DNA from: Candidatus Magasanikiibacteriota bacterium | GTDB lineage: Bacteria; Patescibacteriota; Patescibacteriia; Magasanikbacterales; 2-02-FULL-50-9b | Length of the DNA: 64,000 bases | Assembly (NCBI GenBank): GCA_023246755.1 | Contig: JAHFHU010000003.1 | Span: 3,854-67,853, forward strand | Direction: 5' to 3' | Shown: positions 48,913-58,498 of the stretch, piece after piece | Layout of the letters: every line of letters begins with the position of its first letter | Position numbering within the stretch: position 1 is the first letter of the stretch | Position numbers and translations under genes: made by a program | The notes under the pieces: generated by a model | Seen by the model: only the letters and a program-made list of their open reading frames with translations | What the model was told of the DNA's origin: nothing | The model's database searches: none

Positions 48913-51117
48913 ATGTGGGGACAGCGTTTTCTCATCGTTATTTTGTTGGTCATTGCATCTGCGACGGCCTGTACCGACGTCAACCCCAATCCGGCTCCGG
49001 CCGAGAGCATCAACGGCGCCGCCGGGATGGGTCAAAAGAACGGTCCGCTGAGCGTCGTTGATCAGACCAATGGCAATGTTGTGGCCTGCGATCCGCAGAA
49101 GGACGTCAATCTTTTTGGCCCCAATGGCCAAGGAAAGATCTGCGATCGCGAGTCTAAGACGTGGATCCTCGTGATGTCCGTTGACGCAGACTGCAAATTT
49201 TCGGACAATGCATTCGACCCGTTGAGCTGTGTGTTCACGCCGTGCAAGACGGCTGACGACTGCGCCGACAACATCGCCAGCACCACCGACGCGTGCGAAT
49301 GGATCGAGGGGTCGTACGCCAAAGGTACCGGCATGTGCCGGAACTACTTCGCGGCGTGCAAAGCAAAGGAAGGCACGCCATGCGCGGCTATCGGCGCCGT
49401 GGTCAAAGACAAGGACAGCAACTACACATGCGACGCGGTCGCAAAAATGGCGTTGGCTGAGACCGAAACGTGCAACAACGTCGACGACGATTGCGATGGT
49501 ACAACCGACAACGGGAAAAACGTTGACGGAAGTGCATTCAACATCGGCAAGGCGTGCGACGGCGGCGACAGCGACAAGTGCGCCAATGGCACGTGGACGT
49601 GTTCGCCTACGGCGAGTGGTGCTGAGTGCATCAACGAAACCAAGAAGGACATCGCCGAAGTCTGCAATGGCATCGACGACAACTGCGACGGCGTGATTGA
49701 CGACCCGTGGCCGACGCTCGGCAAGGCGTGCGACGGCGACGACAGCGACAAGTGCAAGAACGGCGTGGACGTGTGCAACAACGCAAAAGACGGCGTGAGC
49801 TGTCTCGAGGTTGGCAAAAACGTCGACGAGATCTGCAATGGCAGTGACGACAATTGTAACGGCACGACCGACGAGGCGTGCGACATGGACAACGACGGCT
49901 ACTGCACCAGCAAGATGCTCGTCGCGAAAACCGCGAAGTGTCTCAAGTCAAAGTTACCAGCCGATGCGTCGACCCCCGCGGGCGACGACTGCAACGACCT
50001 TTCTGTCGACACCCACCCGGGCGCCACGGAAATGTGCAATGAGCTGGATGACAACTGCAACGCGCAGACGGACGAGGGTTTCAGCCTCGGCTTGAGCTGC
50101 GTAAGTGGGAATGCAGACGGTGTCTGCACGACCACAGGCAAGTTCTCGTCGTGTTCGGCTGATTCGTTGTCCGCGGTGTGTGACGCAAAGAAGGACGTGA
50201 ATAAAATCGCGACCGAGATTTGCGACAACCTCGACAACGACTGCAACGGCAAGACCGACGAGGGCTGCGACGACGACAGCGACGGCTATTGCGACGCCAA
50301 GATGAAGGTGTCGAAAGACGCCAAGTGCGCGAAGTCAAAATTGCCAAGCGATGCGTCGACCCCTGCGGGCGACGACTGTGACGACGCTGCCAAAGCGGTC
50401 AATCCGGGTGCAACGGAGATCTGCAATGGTCTCGACGACCAGTGCGATGCCAAGACCGACGAGGGCTGCGACGATGATGTCGACGGCTATTGCGACGCCA
50501 AGATGGCGTTTGCGGCGGGCGCTGCGTGCAAGCAAAGCGCGGCCGGAGTCGGCGACTGCGACGACGCCGTCAAGGCGATCAACCCCGACGCTGCGGAAGT
50601 CTGCGACAACGTGGACAACAACTGTGACGGCAAGATCGACCAAAACGCTGCGGGACAGTCGGTTTGCGCCTCGGTGTGCGGAAACGCTGTTTTCATCAAC
50701 TGCGGTGGCACCACCGTTTTGTCAATGAAGACGGACAATCCGTTCAAGGGCCTGTACACGCCGGCGGGTAGCTATACGTGCCCAAAGGTGGTTGGCGGTG
50801 CGACGCAAGTCTACACGTCGAACACCGCGGCAGCTGAACTTTACATCGTTGTGCAAGGCAACGGCATGAAGACGGCGAACCTCAAGATCAACGCGCCGGC
50901 CGGTGGCAATGGCATGGCAGCGGTGTTAACGGACTGCACGAGTAAGAATGCGGCGTTTAGCGCGCTGCAGTGCTCGCAACAGGGTGTCTTCGGCACCACG
51001 TCATCGGGAACTGTCGTCTCGACGAATCTGACCGGCGTCAAAGTCGGTGGACAAGTCGTTGCGATCGACTCATCGATCGAGATCGACAAGGTGTCCATCA
51101 CGGTCACCTGCCAGTAA
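48913..51117 (+). CDS. Lipoprotein with tandem putative metal-binding (MopE-related) Cys/Asp repeats
   Basis: Lipobox ATAC; repeated PGA.E.CN..DD.C....DEGC motifs; SD TAAGGAGGT. Confidence 0.85.
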   Translation: MWGQRFLIVILLVIASATACTDVNPNPAPAESINGAAGMGQKNGPLSVVDQTNGNVVACDPQKDVNLFGPNGQGKICDRESKTWILVMSVDADCKFSDNAFDPLSCVFTPCKTADDCADNIASTTDACEWIEGSYAKGTGMCRNYFAACKAKEGTPCAAIGAVVKDKDSNYTCDAVAKMALAETETCNNVDDDCDGTTDNGKNVDGSAFNIGKACDGGDSDKCANGTWTCSPTASGAECINETKKDIAEVCNGIDDNCDGVIDDPWPTLGKACDGDDSDKCKNGVDVCNNAKDGVSCLEVGKNVDEICNGSDDNCNGTTDEACDMDNDGYCTSKMLVAKTAKCLKSKLPADASTPAGDDCNDLSVDTHPGATEMCNELDDNCNAQTDEGFSLGLSCVSGNADGVCTTTGKFSSCSADSLSAVCDAKKDVNKIATEICDNLDNDCNGKTDEGCDDDSDGYCDAKMKVSKDAKCAKSKLPSDASTPAGDDCDDAAKAVNPGATEICNGLDDQCDAKTDEGCDDDVDGYCDAKMAFAAGAACKQSAAGVGDCDDAVKAINPDAAEVCDNVDNNCDGKIDQNAAGQSVCASVCGNAVFINCGGTTVLSMKTDNPFKGLYTPAGSYTCPKVVGGATQVYTSNTAAAELYIVVQGNGMKTANLKINAPAGGNGMAAVLTDCTSKNAAFSALQCSQQGVFGTTSSGTVVSTNLTGVKVGGQVVAIDSSIEIDKVSITVTCQ

Positions 51118-51187
51118 AGCGGTCGCGGCTTCCTTGCGAAAATGATCCCACAACCGGGATCTGCGCTCTGTGAATGAGCGTACAGTT

Positions 51188-51232
51188 GGTCGGCAGTTTC
51201 CTTCGGGAAGCTGTCGGCCATTTTTTGTTTTT
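51188..51232 (+). terminator. Intrinsic terminator
   Basis: tggtcggcagtttcc-ttcg-ggaagctgtcggcca followed by a T tract. Confidence 0.75.
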
Positions 51233-51247
51233 GGTATACTGCTGCTC

Positions 51248-52600
51248 ATGCGCGCATCCGCACATTCAGAAACAGGAATCATGGTTTTAGTCGGATTAAT
51301 TTTGATCGGATTTCTGATCTTTTTATCCCAATTTTTGTCGCTCACCGCGATGGTTGTTTTGTGCGGGGGTGCGATGGCGATCGGCGTCGCAATCGCGCGA
51401 CCACAACTCGCCGCATACGCACTCGCGTTTTTTGCGCCGATGAGTGGGCTGGTCATCGACTTCACCCGTGACCAAAGCCTCGCGCGACTTCCGTACGTCG
51501 GCTCGATCAACGCGCCGGTCGTTGATATTTTTGCCGTCGCAACGCTGGTGCTCATCGCGCTGTTGTTTTTAATACATCCGGAAAAAATCGCACTCGCGCG
51601 CGCGACAAAATTTTGGCAAATTCTACTTGCGCTGTACGTCGTGCTTGCGATTTCTGTTGCGGGAGCAGATTCGTTATTTTTCGGCATAACGCTCAAAGCT
51701 TTTTTTCGTCCGTACATTTTTATGTACGTTGGATTCGCGGTGCCGATAATTTTGCTGCTCAAAACGCGCGTCGATTTGTTGCGCGCGTTGTTTGCGTATG
51801 AATGTGCGGCGCTTGTCGGCGCGCTCATGGGCGCGATTTCGTTTGTCACGCAAAATGTTGTTGGGTTCGCCCGCGCGATGCCGTTTTCCGTCGCGGGCTA
51901 CGCACCGTTCGGCGTCAATCACAACGTGCTCGCCGAATCATTAACCGCGATTATTCCGTTCGCGTGGTGGTTCGCGGCAAAACATCCGCGCGGCGGGCGA
52001 CGCGCGCTGCTTTTCGCGGCAGCTGGATTTATTTCCGTCATCGCGCTGCTCACTTTTTCGCGCGCGGCGTGGATTGTGATGACGCTGCAAGTATGTTTTT
52101 ATATGTGGTGGCGCACGAATCAAACTGAGCACCATCGTGGTCGCAGCATCGGGATCGTCGTCGCGCTTGCGGCGCTCGGAATTTTTTTCATGATCATTCA
52201 ATCGACGGTCATCGCCGACAGCAGCGACAACACGCGCAAGGATTTGCTCGGCATCGCGGTGACATATTGGCAGCGCGCGCCGTGGTTTGGGCACGGGCCG
52301 GGGATGTATTTGCCGCTCGTCAATGAAACAACGGCATTCCACATGGATTACGGCGACGCGATGGATGCGCATGGCGTCGTGCAAAAATTGATGCTCGAAA
52401 CGGGCGTTGTCGGCACGATGCTGTTCGGCGTGTATGTTTTGTGCGTGCTGCGGGCGCTGTGGATGCGGCGCGATTCGCACTTCCACCTGATGCTGTTTGT
52501 CACCGTGATTTCGCTCGGGACGTATCAGCTCTTTAACACCGGCTATTTTGATGGTAAAGTGTGGGTTCTGATGGGCGTGGCAATCGCCTCAATTCTATGA
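51248..52600 (+). CDS. O-antigen ligase/Wzy-like membrane protein
   Basis: LLTFSRAAW, PWFGHGPG, DAH..LMLETGVVG. Confidence 0.85.
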   Translation: MRASAHSETGIMVLVGLILIGFLIFLSQFLSLTAMVVLCGGAMAIGVAIARPQLAAYALAFFAPMSGLVIDFTRDQSLARLPYVGSINAPVVDIFAVATLVLIALLFLIHPEKIALARATKFWQILLALYVVLAISVAGADSLFFGITLKAFFRPYIFMYVGFAVPIILLLKTRVDLLRALFAYECAALVGALMGAISFVTQNVVGFARAMPFSVAGYAPFGVNHNVLAESLTAIIPFAWWFAAKHPRGGRRALLFAAAGFISVIALLTFSRAAWIVMTLQVCFYMWWRTNQTEHHRGRSIGIVVALAALGIFFMIIQSTVIADSSDNTRKDLLGIAVTYWQRAPWFGHGPGMYLPLVNETTAFHMDYGDAMDAHGVVQKLMLETGVVGTMLFGVYVLCVLRALWMRRDSHFHLMLFVTVISLGTYQLFNTGYFDGKVWVLMGVAIASIL

Positions 52601-53703
52601 AAAAACAAGGACTCGGCGGCGTGCGAAAAATTAAAGTTGTTCATATCATTCCGACGCTTGATTTGGGTGGTGCGGAACGTATCGCGGTTGACCTCGTGCG
52701 GTTCGGCAATCACGAGGTGTTTGATTTTTCCGTGGTAACGATTGTCGGTGGTGGTCCGCTCGAAGCGGATCTGCGCGCGGCGGGCGTTCCGTATTATTCG
52801 CTCACGAAATTCACGACGCTCGGGCTCGGGATGCTCGTTGAGTTGACGCAATTATTGAATCGCCTTGAACCGGATATCGTGCACACACATTTGTTTGGTG
52901 CGCATTTGTGGGGGCAAGTTGCGTCGATGCTTAATCGTGTGCCGTTTATGGTTGCGTCTGAGCAAAACACGGATGTCGATTTGGGCGAACTCCGCACGCG
53001 CGTCAAACAGCTGCTGTCGTATTCGGCGGACACCGTGATCGCCGCGAGCGACGCGATTCGAGAATTTTTGATCACACAAGGCCATATTTCCGAGGAAAAA
53101 ATTGTCGTGATCCGCAATGCGATTGACACGATGCAGTATCTTGCGTTGCCAGCGCCACAGTTTGGGCCGAAATTAAAATTATTGTCGATCGGTCGGTTGA
53201 CGCCGCAAAAAGGTCACGATATTTTGATTGAAGCGCTGACTGGTTTGCACGATGTTCCGTTTGAGCTCACGATCGCGGGTGTTGGCGAGTTGCTTGATGA
53301 TCTGTCGGATCGGGTGACCCTGCATCATTTGAATGATCGGGTGCAGTTTTTGGGGACGACGAATGATGTGCCGGCGCTTATCGGCGAATATGATGTTGTG
53401 GTGATGCCGTCGCGGTGGGAGGGAATTGGGCTCGTGGTGATGGAAGGGATGGCGGCGGCGCGGCCGGTGATCGCGTCGAATGTTGGCGGGATTCCGGAGA
53501 TCGTTGAGCATGGCAAAACGGGCGTGCTTGTCCAGAGCGAAAATCCGACGGCACTTGCTGAGGCAATTCGGTGGGTGTGGGAGCATCAATCGGCTGCGGG
53601 GGCGATCGGTCTGCGGGCGCGCGAGTATGCGCGGGTGCAGTGCGATGTGCGCGAGATGGTTAAACAATACGAACGGGTGTATGCGCATCTTACTCATCAA
53701 TAA
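52597..53703 (+). CDS. Glycosyltransferase family 4
   Basis: LGGAER, PDIVHTH, GRL..QKG, PSRWEGIGLV..E. Confidence 0.93.
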   Translation: MKKQGLGGVRKIKVVHIIPTLDLGGAERIAVDLVRFGNHEVFDFSVVTIVGGGPLEADLRAAGVPYYSLTKFTTLGLGMLVELTQLLNRLEPDIVHTHLFGAHLWGQVASMLNRVPFMVASEQNTDVDLGELRTRVKQLLSYSADTVIAASDAIREFLITQGHISEEKIVVIRNAIDTMQYLALPAPQFGPKLKLLSIGRLTPQKGHDILIEALTGLHDVPFELTIAGVGELLDDLSDRVTLHHLNDRVQFLGTTNDVPALIGEYDVVVMPSRWEGIGLVVMEGMAAARPVIASNVGGIPEIVEHGKTGVLVQSENPTALAEAIRWVWEHQSAAGAIGLRAREYARVQCDVREMVKQYERVYAHLTHQ

Positions 53704-54886
53704 TTTTTTTCGTGATGTCGGCGGGGTCGAGCGCGTTTTTTTTGCCGAGCGCGAATTATTGATGCAACACGGTCACACGGTGATTGATTTTTCAACGACG
53801 CACGCGGCGAATTATCCGTCGAATTACGCGCGCTATTTTGTGAGCGCGGTGGATTTTCATGCGCGCGGGGACTGGTTTAAAAAAGCGGCGCGATTTTTTT
53901 ATTCGCGCGAAGTTGCGACGCAGCTCGATCGATTAATTTCGGAAATCGCGCCGGATGTTGCGCACGTGCATGGAATTTTTGATGTGCTCGGGCCAACGGT
54001 TTTGCGCGTGCTGAAAAAACGTGGCGTGCGGATTGTGTTTACGGCGCACGCGTATAAACTGGTGTGTCCGAGCGGCCGATTATTTTCGCGCGGCGCAATT
54101 GACGAGTCGTGTCGGCGTAATCTTTTGAATGACGCACTCCATCGCGGTGTGCAAAATTCGTTGGTGAAAAGTTTGTGGGCCGTGTTGGCGCTCGGGTGGC
54201 ACCGCTCGCGGCGAACGTTTGAGCTGTTTGACCGCATCATAGCGCCGAGTCAATTTTTGATTCACAAACATGTCGAGTTTGGTTTTGATGCGCGGCGTTT
54301 TGTGCACATTCCGAATCCGGTTGATGTGACAAAATTTTCGGTGTCTAAATGTGCCGGCGCGTACGTGCTGTTCGTCGGGCGATTGGTTCCGGAAAAAGGT
54401 GTTGCTGTGTTGATCGCAGCTGCGGCGCGACTTCCGGAGATCGAATTTAAAATTGTGGGCGACGGGCCGGAGCGCGCGCGGCTTGAAAATTTAGTGGTTG
54501 AAAAAAAATTGAAAAATATTTCGTTTGACGGGCACCGCGCGCCGCGTGATGTGCAAACATACGTTGCGAACGCAGCTGCAGTTGTCGTTCCGTCGGTTTG
54601 TTTTGAAAATGATCCGTATTCCGTGCTCGAAGCGCAGGCGCAGGGGAGCGTCGTCATCGCGTCATATACCGGCGGCATCCCTGAGCAGATTCGGCATGGC
54701 GAAACCGGGTTTTTATTTGAGCAAGGGAACGCAGCGGCGCTCGCGGAGGCGCTTGCGCGGGTGTGGGCGATGACGCCGCATGAGCGCGCCGCGATTGGCA
54801 CGCAGGCACGGGCGTTTGTGGATATCGTTCGCGCGCCGGAGCTCTATTATGAGGCGATTATGGACGTTTTTGGATCAACAAAGTAG
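53681..54886 (+). CDS. Glycosyltransferase family 4
   Basis: MRILLINN..GG.E, GRLVPEKG, PS..FEN.P..VLEA. Confidence 0.93.
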   Translation: MRILLINNFFRDVGGVERVFFAERELLMQHGHTVIDFSTTHAANYPSNYARYFVSAVDFHARGDWFKKAARFFYSREVATQLDRLISEIAPDVAHVHGIFDVLGPTVLRVLKKRGVRIVFTAHAYKLVCPSGRLFSRGAIDESCRRNLLNDALHRGVQNSLVKSLWAVLALGWHRSRRTFELFDRIIAPSQFLIHKHVEFGFDARRFVHIPNPVDVTKFSVSKCAGAYVLFVGRLVPEKGVAVLIAAAARLPEIEFKIVGDGPERARLENLVVEKKLKNISFDGHRAPRDVQTYVANAAAVVVPSVCFENDPYSVLEAQAQGSVVIASYTGGIPEQIRHGETGFLFEQGNAAALAEALARVWAMTPHERAAIGTQARAFVDIVRAPELYYEAIMDVFGSTK

Positions 54887-54943
54887 TCCACAGGCGAGGG
54901 TTGACATTTTCGGGAAAATCCGGTAGAATTGGTTGTTATCGCT

Positions 54944-56140
54944 ATGGTCAAAAAACCCTTACATATCGCATATATCGGCCAAAAAGGCGCTCCAGCACTC
55001 TGGGGCGGCGTTGAGCGTGCAACCGAAGAATTGGCGGTGCGGATGGCTGCGGCGGGGTATTTTGTCACCGTGTATTGTCGCACCTGGTACGCAAAACATC
55101 AGCCACTTTTTTATCGCAATGTGCGGCTCAAATACGTGCCGAGCGTTCATACGAAGTATTTGGACGCGATTACCCACACTTTTTTTTCGGTGGTCAACGC
55201 GATGTGGAATGGTGTCGATGTCATTCATTTTCAAGGTATCGGACCGGCGCTTCTCGCGTGGATTCCGCGCATGTTTGCGCCGCATACCCGTGTGCTCGTG
55301 ACGTTTCATTGTTTGGATCGTAAATTGCAGAAATGGAACTGGTTTGCCCGTCTCATGTTTTATGTGGGCGAGTACGTTGCGATTTCGTGCAGCCATGAAA
55401 TGTTTGTGACGTCGCGCGCGCTTGAACAGTATGTTTTGCACACGTGGAATCATCGCGCGACCTATTTGCCCAACGGCGCGTTTGAACGTACTATCGCGTT
55501 TGATTCAACGGAAGATATTCGCGCGTTTGGTTTGACGCCGCATCGCTACGTGGTGTGCGTCGGGCGTTTGATGCGCGATAAAGCGCAACACGAAGTGATC
55601 GCGGCGTTTGTGCGCGCGAAAGAACGTTTGGATGATGCGTCGTGTGCAGATTTAAAATTAGTTATTGTTGGCGATAGTGCGGATGCGCACGATTCGTATC
55701 GCGCATATTTGAATGAGCAAATTGCGGGCCGCGACGACGTGGTATTTTTGGGTGTGCAAACGGGTTCGATTTTGAAATCGCTCATCAAGCATGCGCGGGT
55801 GGGTGTGTCGTTGTCGTATTCGGAAGGCATGCCGCTTGCGGTTTTGGAAATGGCGTCGTATGGCGTTCCGCTCGTTGTTTCTGATATTACGGCGCATCGC
55901 GAAATTTTTGGTGACGATCATGCATTTATTGAGGTTGGAAATGTTGAGCGTGCGGCCGTGCAGCTTGCGCGGCTCGTGAAAAATTTTGATGAGATTCGGG
56001 TGATCGCTGCGATCATCGCGGAACGAATTGCTGCGCGATATTGTTGGGACATTATTGTCGCGCGGTATTGTGTGTCCATTGTTTCCGTTCAAACTGAGTT
56101 TGAGCGCGAACACGTTGTTTTACAAGCGCGGTTGGTCTAA
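54944..56140 (+). CDS. Glycosyltransferase family 4
   Basis: IGQKG.P..GGVE, VGRL, S.SEGMPLAVLE; promoter TTGACA(54901)-17 nt-TAGAAT. Confidence 0.92.
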   Translation: MVKKPLHIAYIGQKGAPALWGGVERATEELAVRMAAAGYFVTVYCRTWYAKHQPLFYRNVRLKYVPSVHTKYLDAITHTFFSVVNAMWNGVDVIHFQGIGPALLAWIPRMFAPHTRVLVTFHCLDRKLQKWNWFARLMFYVGEYVAISCSHEMFVTSRALEQYVLHTWNHRATYLPNGAFERTIAFDSTEDIRAFGLTPHRYVVCVGRLMRDKAQHEVIAAFVRAKERLDDASCADLKLVIVGDSADAHDSYRAYLNEQIAGRDDVVFLGVQTGSILKSLIKHARVGVSLSYSEGMPLAVLEMASYGVPLVVSDITAHREIFGDDHAFIEVGNVERAAVQLARLVKNFDEIRVIAAIIAERIAARYCWDIIVARYCVSIVSVQTEFEREHVVLQARLV

Positions 56141-57166
56141 ACTTTTTGTGTCCACCGTGATGGTCGCGCGAGAAAATTCTCGCTGCCACACGCCCGGGGA
56201 AATTTCGATTGGTGCGCCGCGTGGTGCGCCAATTTTTTGTTCGTATGCGGGATACCACCACAGCGAGGCGTGGTTGGTGTCGCCAAAATCATAGGCGAAA
56301 TATGCGTCGAAGAGGAGTGCACTATTGAGACCGAGTCGCATCGTTGTTTCGGATTGATTTTCTGTGTTATTGCGCGCGGTCGCGTTGAAAATAATGATCG
56401 GATTTTTGGTGTGCGTTGCATGGAATTCTCGCGCGCGTGCGACCGTCTCGGCCCATCCGTGATCTGGAAAATTTTCGAACACAACGCCATCGAGCGCGTC
56501 AAATTGTGTGCTACCGTTGCCGATGATAATTTTTTTGGGCCCCGCGGCGCGTAGATCGTTGATGAGCTGTTTTGTCGCGTCGCTCCATGCGGCGTTGGCG
56601 GCGTCGGGCACGTCAGTTTTTTGATCGTCGTCGAGATCAACATCGCCAACGTACCATGTCACGCCATCCCACACATTATCGAGCATGACACCATCCCAAA
56701 CCGGATTGGCGAAAATTTTTTTCTTGATAAATGTCGTGAGCAGCGCGCGCCACGGGCCGGTTAGATTCATGAGATGTGCGTTCGGCCAAAAATAAACCGC
56801 GTCGCCGTTTGCGCGATGAACATAGAATTGTTCGGGCGCGTGGGCAAGGAGCGCGTTTCGGAGCGGCGCTTCCTGCTCGAGCTCGTCGGTCGGTATGTGG
56901 AGTTCGGATGTTGAAACGTAAGCTAGAATTTTTATGCCGGGATGCAGCGCGCGCATTTTTTTGATGAGTTTTGGTTGACGCGCGCCAACTTCCGCATCGA
57001 GCACGACGAGATCCCAGCGCGCCAATTTTTGTGCGTCAGCCGCCGTAATTTTCCACGATAAAAATAAATTTGCCGTGCGCGGATGTTGTTGTGCCGTTGT
57101 TGTGGCCGCCGCAACGGGGGTGGGCGTGGTCACGAGCAATAAAAAAACAAAAAATAAAAATTTCAT
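56120..57166 (-). CDS. Secreted putative glycoside hydrolase (TIM barrel, GHL15/GH114-like)
   Basis: LARWDLVVLD, KILAY, WDGVMLDN, DGVVFENF, GVWQREF. Confidence 0.7.
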   Translation of the reverse strand: MKFLFFVFLLLVTTPTPVAAATTTAQQHPRTANLFLSWKITAADAQKLARWDLVVLDAEVGARQPKLIKKMRALHPGIKILAYVSTSELHIPTDELEQEAPLRNALLAHAPEQFYVHRANGDAVYFWPNAHLMNLTGPWRALLTTFIKKKIFANPVWDGVMLDNVWDGVTWYVGDVDLDDDQKTDVPDAANAAWSDATKQLINDLRAAGPKKIIIGNGSTQFDALDGVVFENFPDHGWAETVARAREFHATHTKNPIIIFNATARNNTENQSETTMRLGLNSALLFDAYFAYDFGDTNHASLWWYPAYEQKIGAPRGAPIEISPGVWQREFSRATITVDTKSLDQPRL

Positions 57167-57224
57167 GATACAAGTCTGTTTAGAATTTCAATGGGAAGAT
57201 TTGAGACAGGCTCTAAGTGGTGGG

Positions 57225-57278
57225 TACAAAAATGTTTAACAATTCAGGTCAAAATGTTTAACATTTTTGTATCACACA
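57225..57278. repeat. 54-bp dispersed element, copy 2
   Basis: 51/54 identical to 10181..10234, same orientation. Confidence 0.9.
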
Positions 57279-57320
57279 TTTTAGTACTCATCCGCGCGCC
57301 CAAATAGGCTCTGGGGTTTA

Positions 57321-57740
57321 TTATAGCGGAAGTGTTGAGTTTTGGCGCGTGTTCGATTTGGGTGCGCGCTTATTGGGAGGTTCTGGTGTGGTCGGTTTGA
57401 TTTCAATTCGATCTTCGGGTCGCACCATAAATAAATTCATATTTTGGCCTGCCACGGGTTCCGCTGGTTGAATAATATGAGGGTTTGGGGCGTAAATTTT
57501 GTTGCGAATTTTCCATTGGTCAACGAATTGTCCGATGCCGCGCGACTCCATTTTATTGTTAATGGTGGCATGACCCTGCGACCAGGTTAAGAGGCTTTCG
57601 AAGCTGATTTTGTAGCGTCCCTGCACGATTACATAGGACAACTCCTCGCGTTTAATGGCGCGGCGTATTGTTTGCGCATTGACGCCGAAAAGCTTTGCTG
57701 CTTCAGAAATCGAAACTCGGATAATTTCATCAAGTGCCAT
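57321..57740 (-). CDS. Excisionase/MerR-like helix-turn-helix protein
   Basis: VSISEAAKLFGVNAQTIRRAIK..GRYKI. Confidence 0.8.
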   Translation of the reverse strand: MALDEIIRVSISEAAKLFGVNAQTIRRAIKREELSYVIVQGRYKISFESLLTWSQGHATINNKMESRGIGQFVDQWKIRNKIYAPNPHIIQPAEPVAGQNMNLFMVRPEDRIEIKPTTPEPPNKRAPKSNTRQNSTLPL

Positions 57741-57809
57741 AGTGAAAAAAGTGTACAACAATCTATACAAATAGTCAAAAATAGGGGGTTATCTGGACGT
57801 GTGGTGCGG

Positions 57810-57924
57810 TTGACAAAAAAGCATGAATATCGTATAATTTCTCCTATATTTGGCCTCGTATGGCCACCCCCTAATTCTGCGGTGCAGACCCGAGTTGTAA
57901 CACTTTGGTTTCTGCAACGTCATA
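57810..57924 (+). promoter_or_regulatory. Consensus sigma70 promoter plus a likely ECF autoregulatory promoter
   Basis: TTGACA(57810)-17 nt-TATAAT(57833); TGTAAC(57896)-16 nt-CGTC(57918) just before ATG 57929. Confidence 0.7.
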
Positions 57925-57928
57925 TTAA

Positions 57929-58498
57929 ATGAGCAGCAAATTGCGCGACAAATACCTCTTATACCGAATACAGACAAAACGCGACGCGCAAGCGTATGGC
58001 GAGCTGTATGATACGTATGTGGCGGGTATTTACCGGTTCATCTCGTTTAAGGTGAGCTCAAAAGAAGAGGCGCAAGATTTGACCTCGGAGACGTTTCTGC
58101 GCGCTTGGCACTATCTGCTCGAAAGTCGAGATGTCGCAAGTTTTAGTGCGTTACTCTATCGTATCGCGCGAAACCTCGTCATCGATCATTACCGCAGTCG
58201 TCGCGCAACCGTTTCGCTCGACGAGCAACTCGAGATCGATATCGATGAAAATACGAGCCCCACGGATAAAGGCGAGCAGATTAAAATGCTCGACATCAAT
58301 CTTGAGGCGAGCGCAGTTGCCACAGCGATGAAACAGCTGAAAGAAGAGTATCGTGACATTTTGACCTTGCGATATATCGAAGAGCTTTCAACGGCAGAAA
58401 TCGCTGAGATCGTTGATAAGACATCGGTACACGTCCGCGTCTTGCTCCATCGGGCGACCAATGCACTCAAAGCATTACTTGAAAAAAATGAAATTTAA
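57929..58498 (+). CDS. ECF RNA polymerase sigma factor
   Basis: AYGELYD, AQDLTSETFLRAW, LYRIARNLVIDHYR, region 4 LSTAEIAEI. Confidence 0.95.
   Translation: MSSKLRDKYLLYRIQTKRDAQAYGELYDTYVAGIYRFISFKVSSKEEAQDLTSETFLRAWHYLLESRDVASFSALLYRIARNLVIDHYRSRRATVSLDEQLEIDIDENTSPTDKGEQIKMLDINLEASAVATAMKQLKEEYRDILTLRYIEELSTAEIAEIVDKTSVHVRVLLHRATNALKALLEKNEI

Noticed and set aside
47380-50640. Repeated DNA segments as a possible CRISPR array or DGR template/variable repeats
   Set aside because: The repeats are in-frame protein repeat units with synonymous variation. There is no repeat-spacer periodicity, no cas gene, no reverse transcriptase and no evident adenine-specific mismatch pattern.
43184-50760. 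Long alternative-frame and antisense ORFs in the GC-rich block
   Set aside because: These are shadow ORFs arising from high GC3 and a scarcity of stop codons. The sense ORFs have the SD sites, signal peptides and recognisable repeats.
16762-57771. 13-bp match TTTGTATAGATTG shared by the Fic and HTH promoter regions
   Set aside because: Matches of this length are expected by chance many times in 64 kb, particularly in AT-rich DNA.
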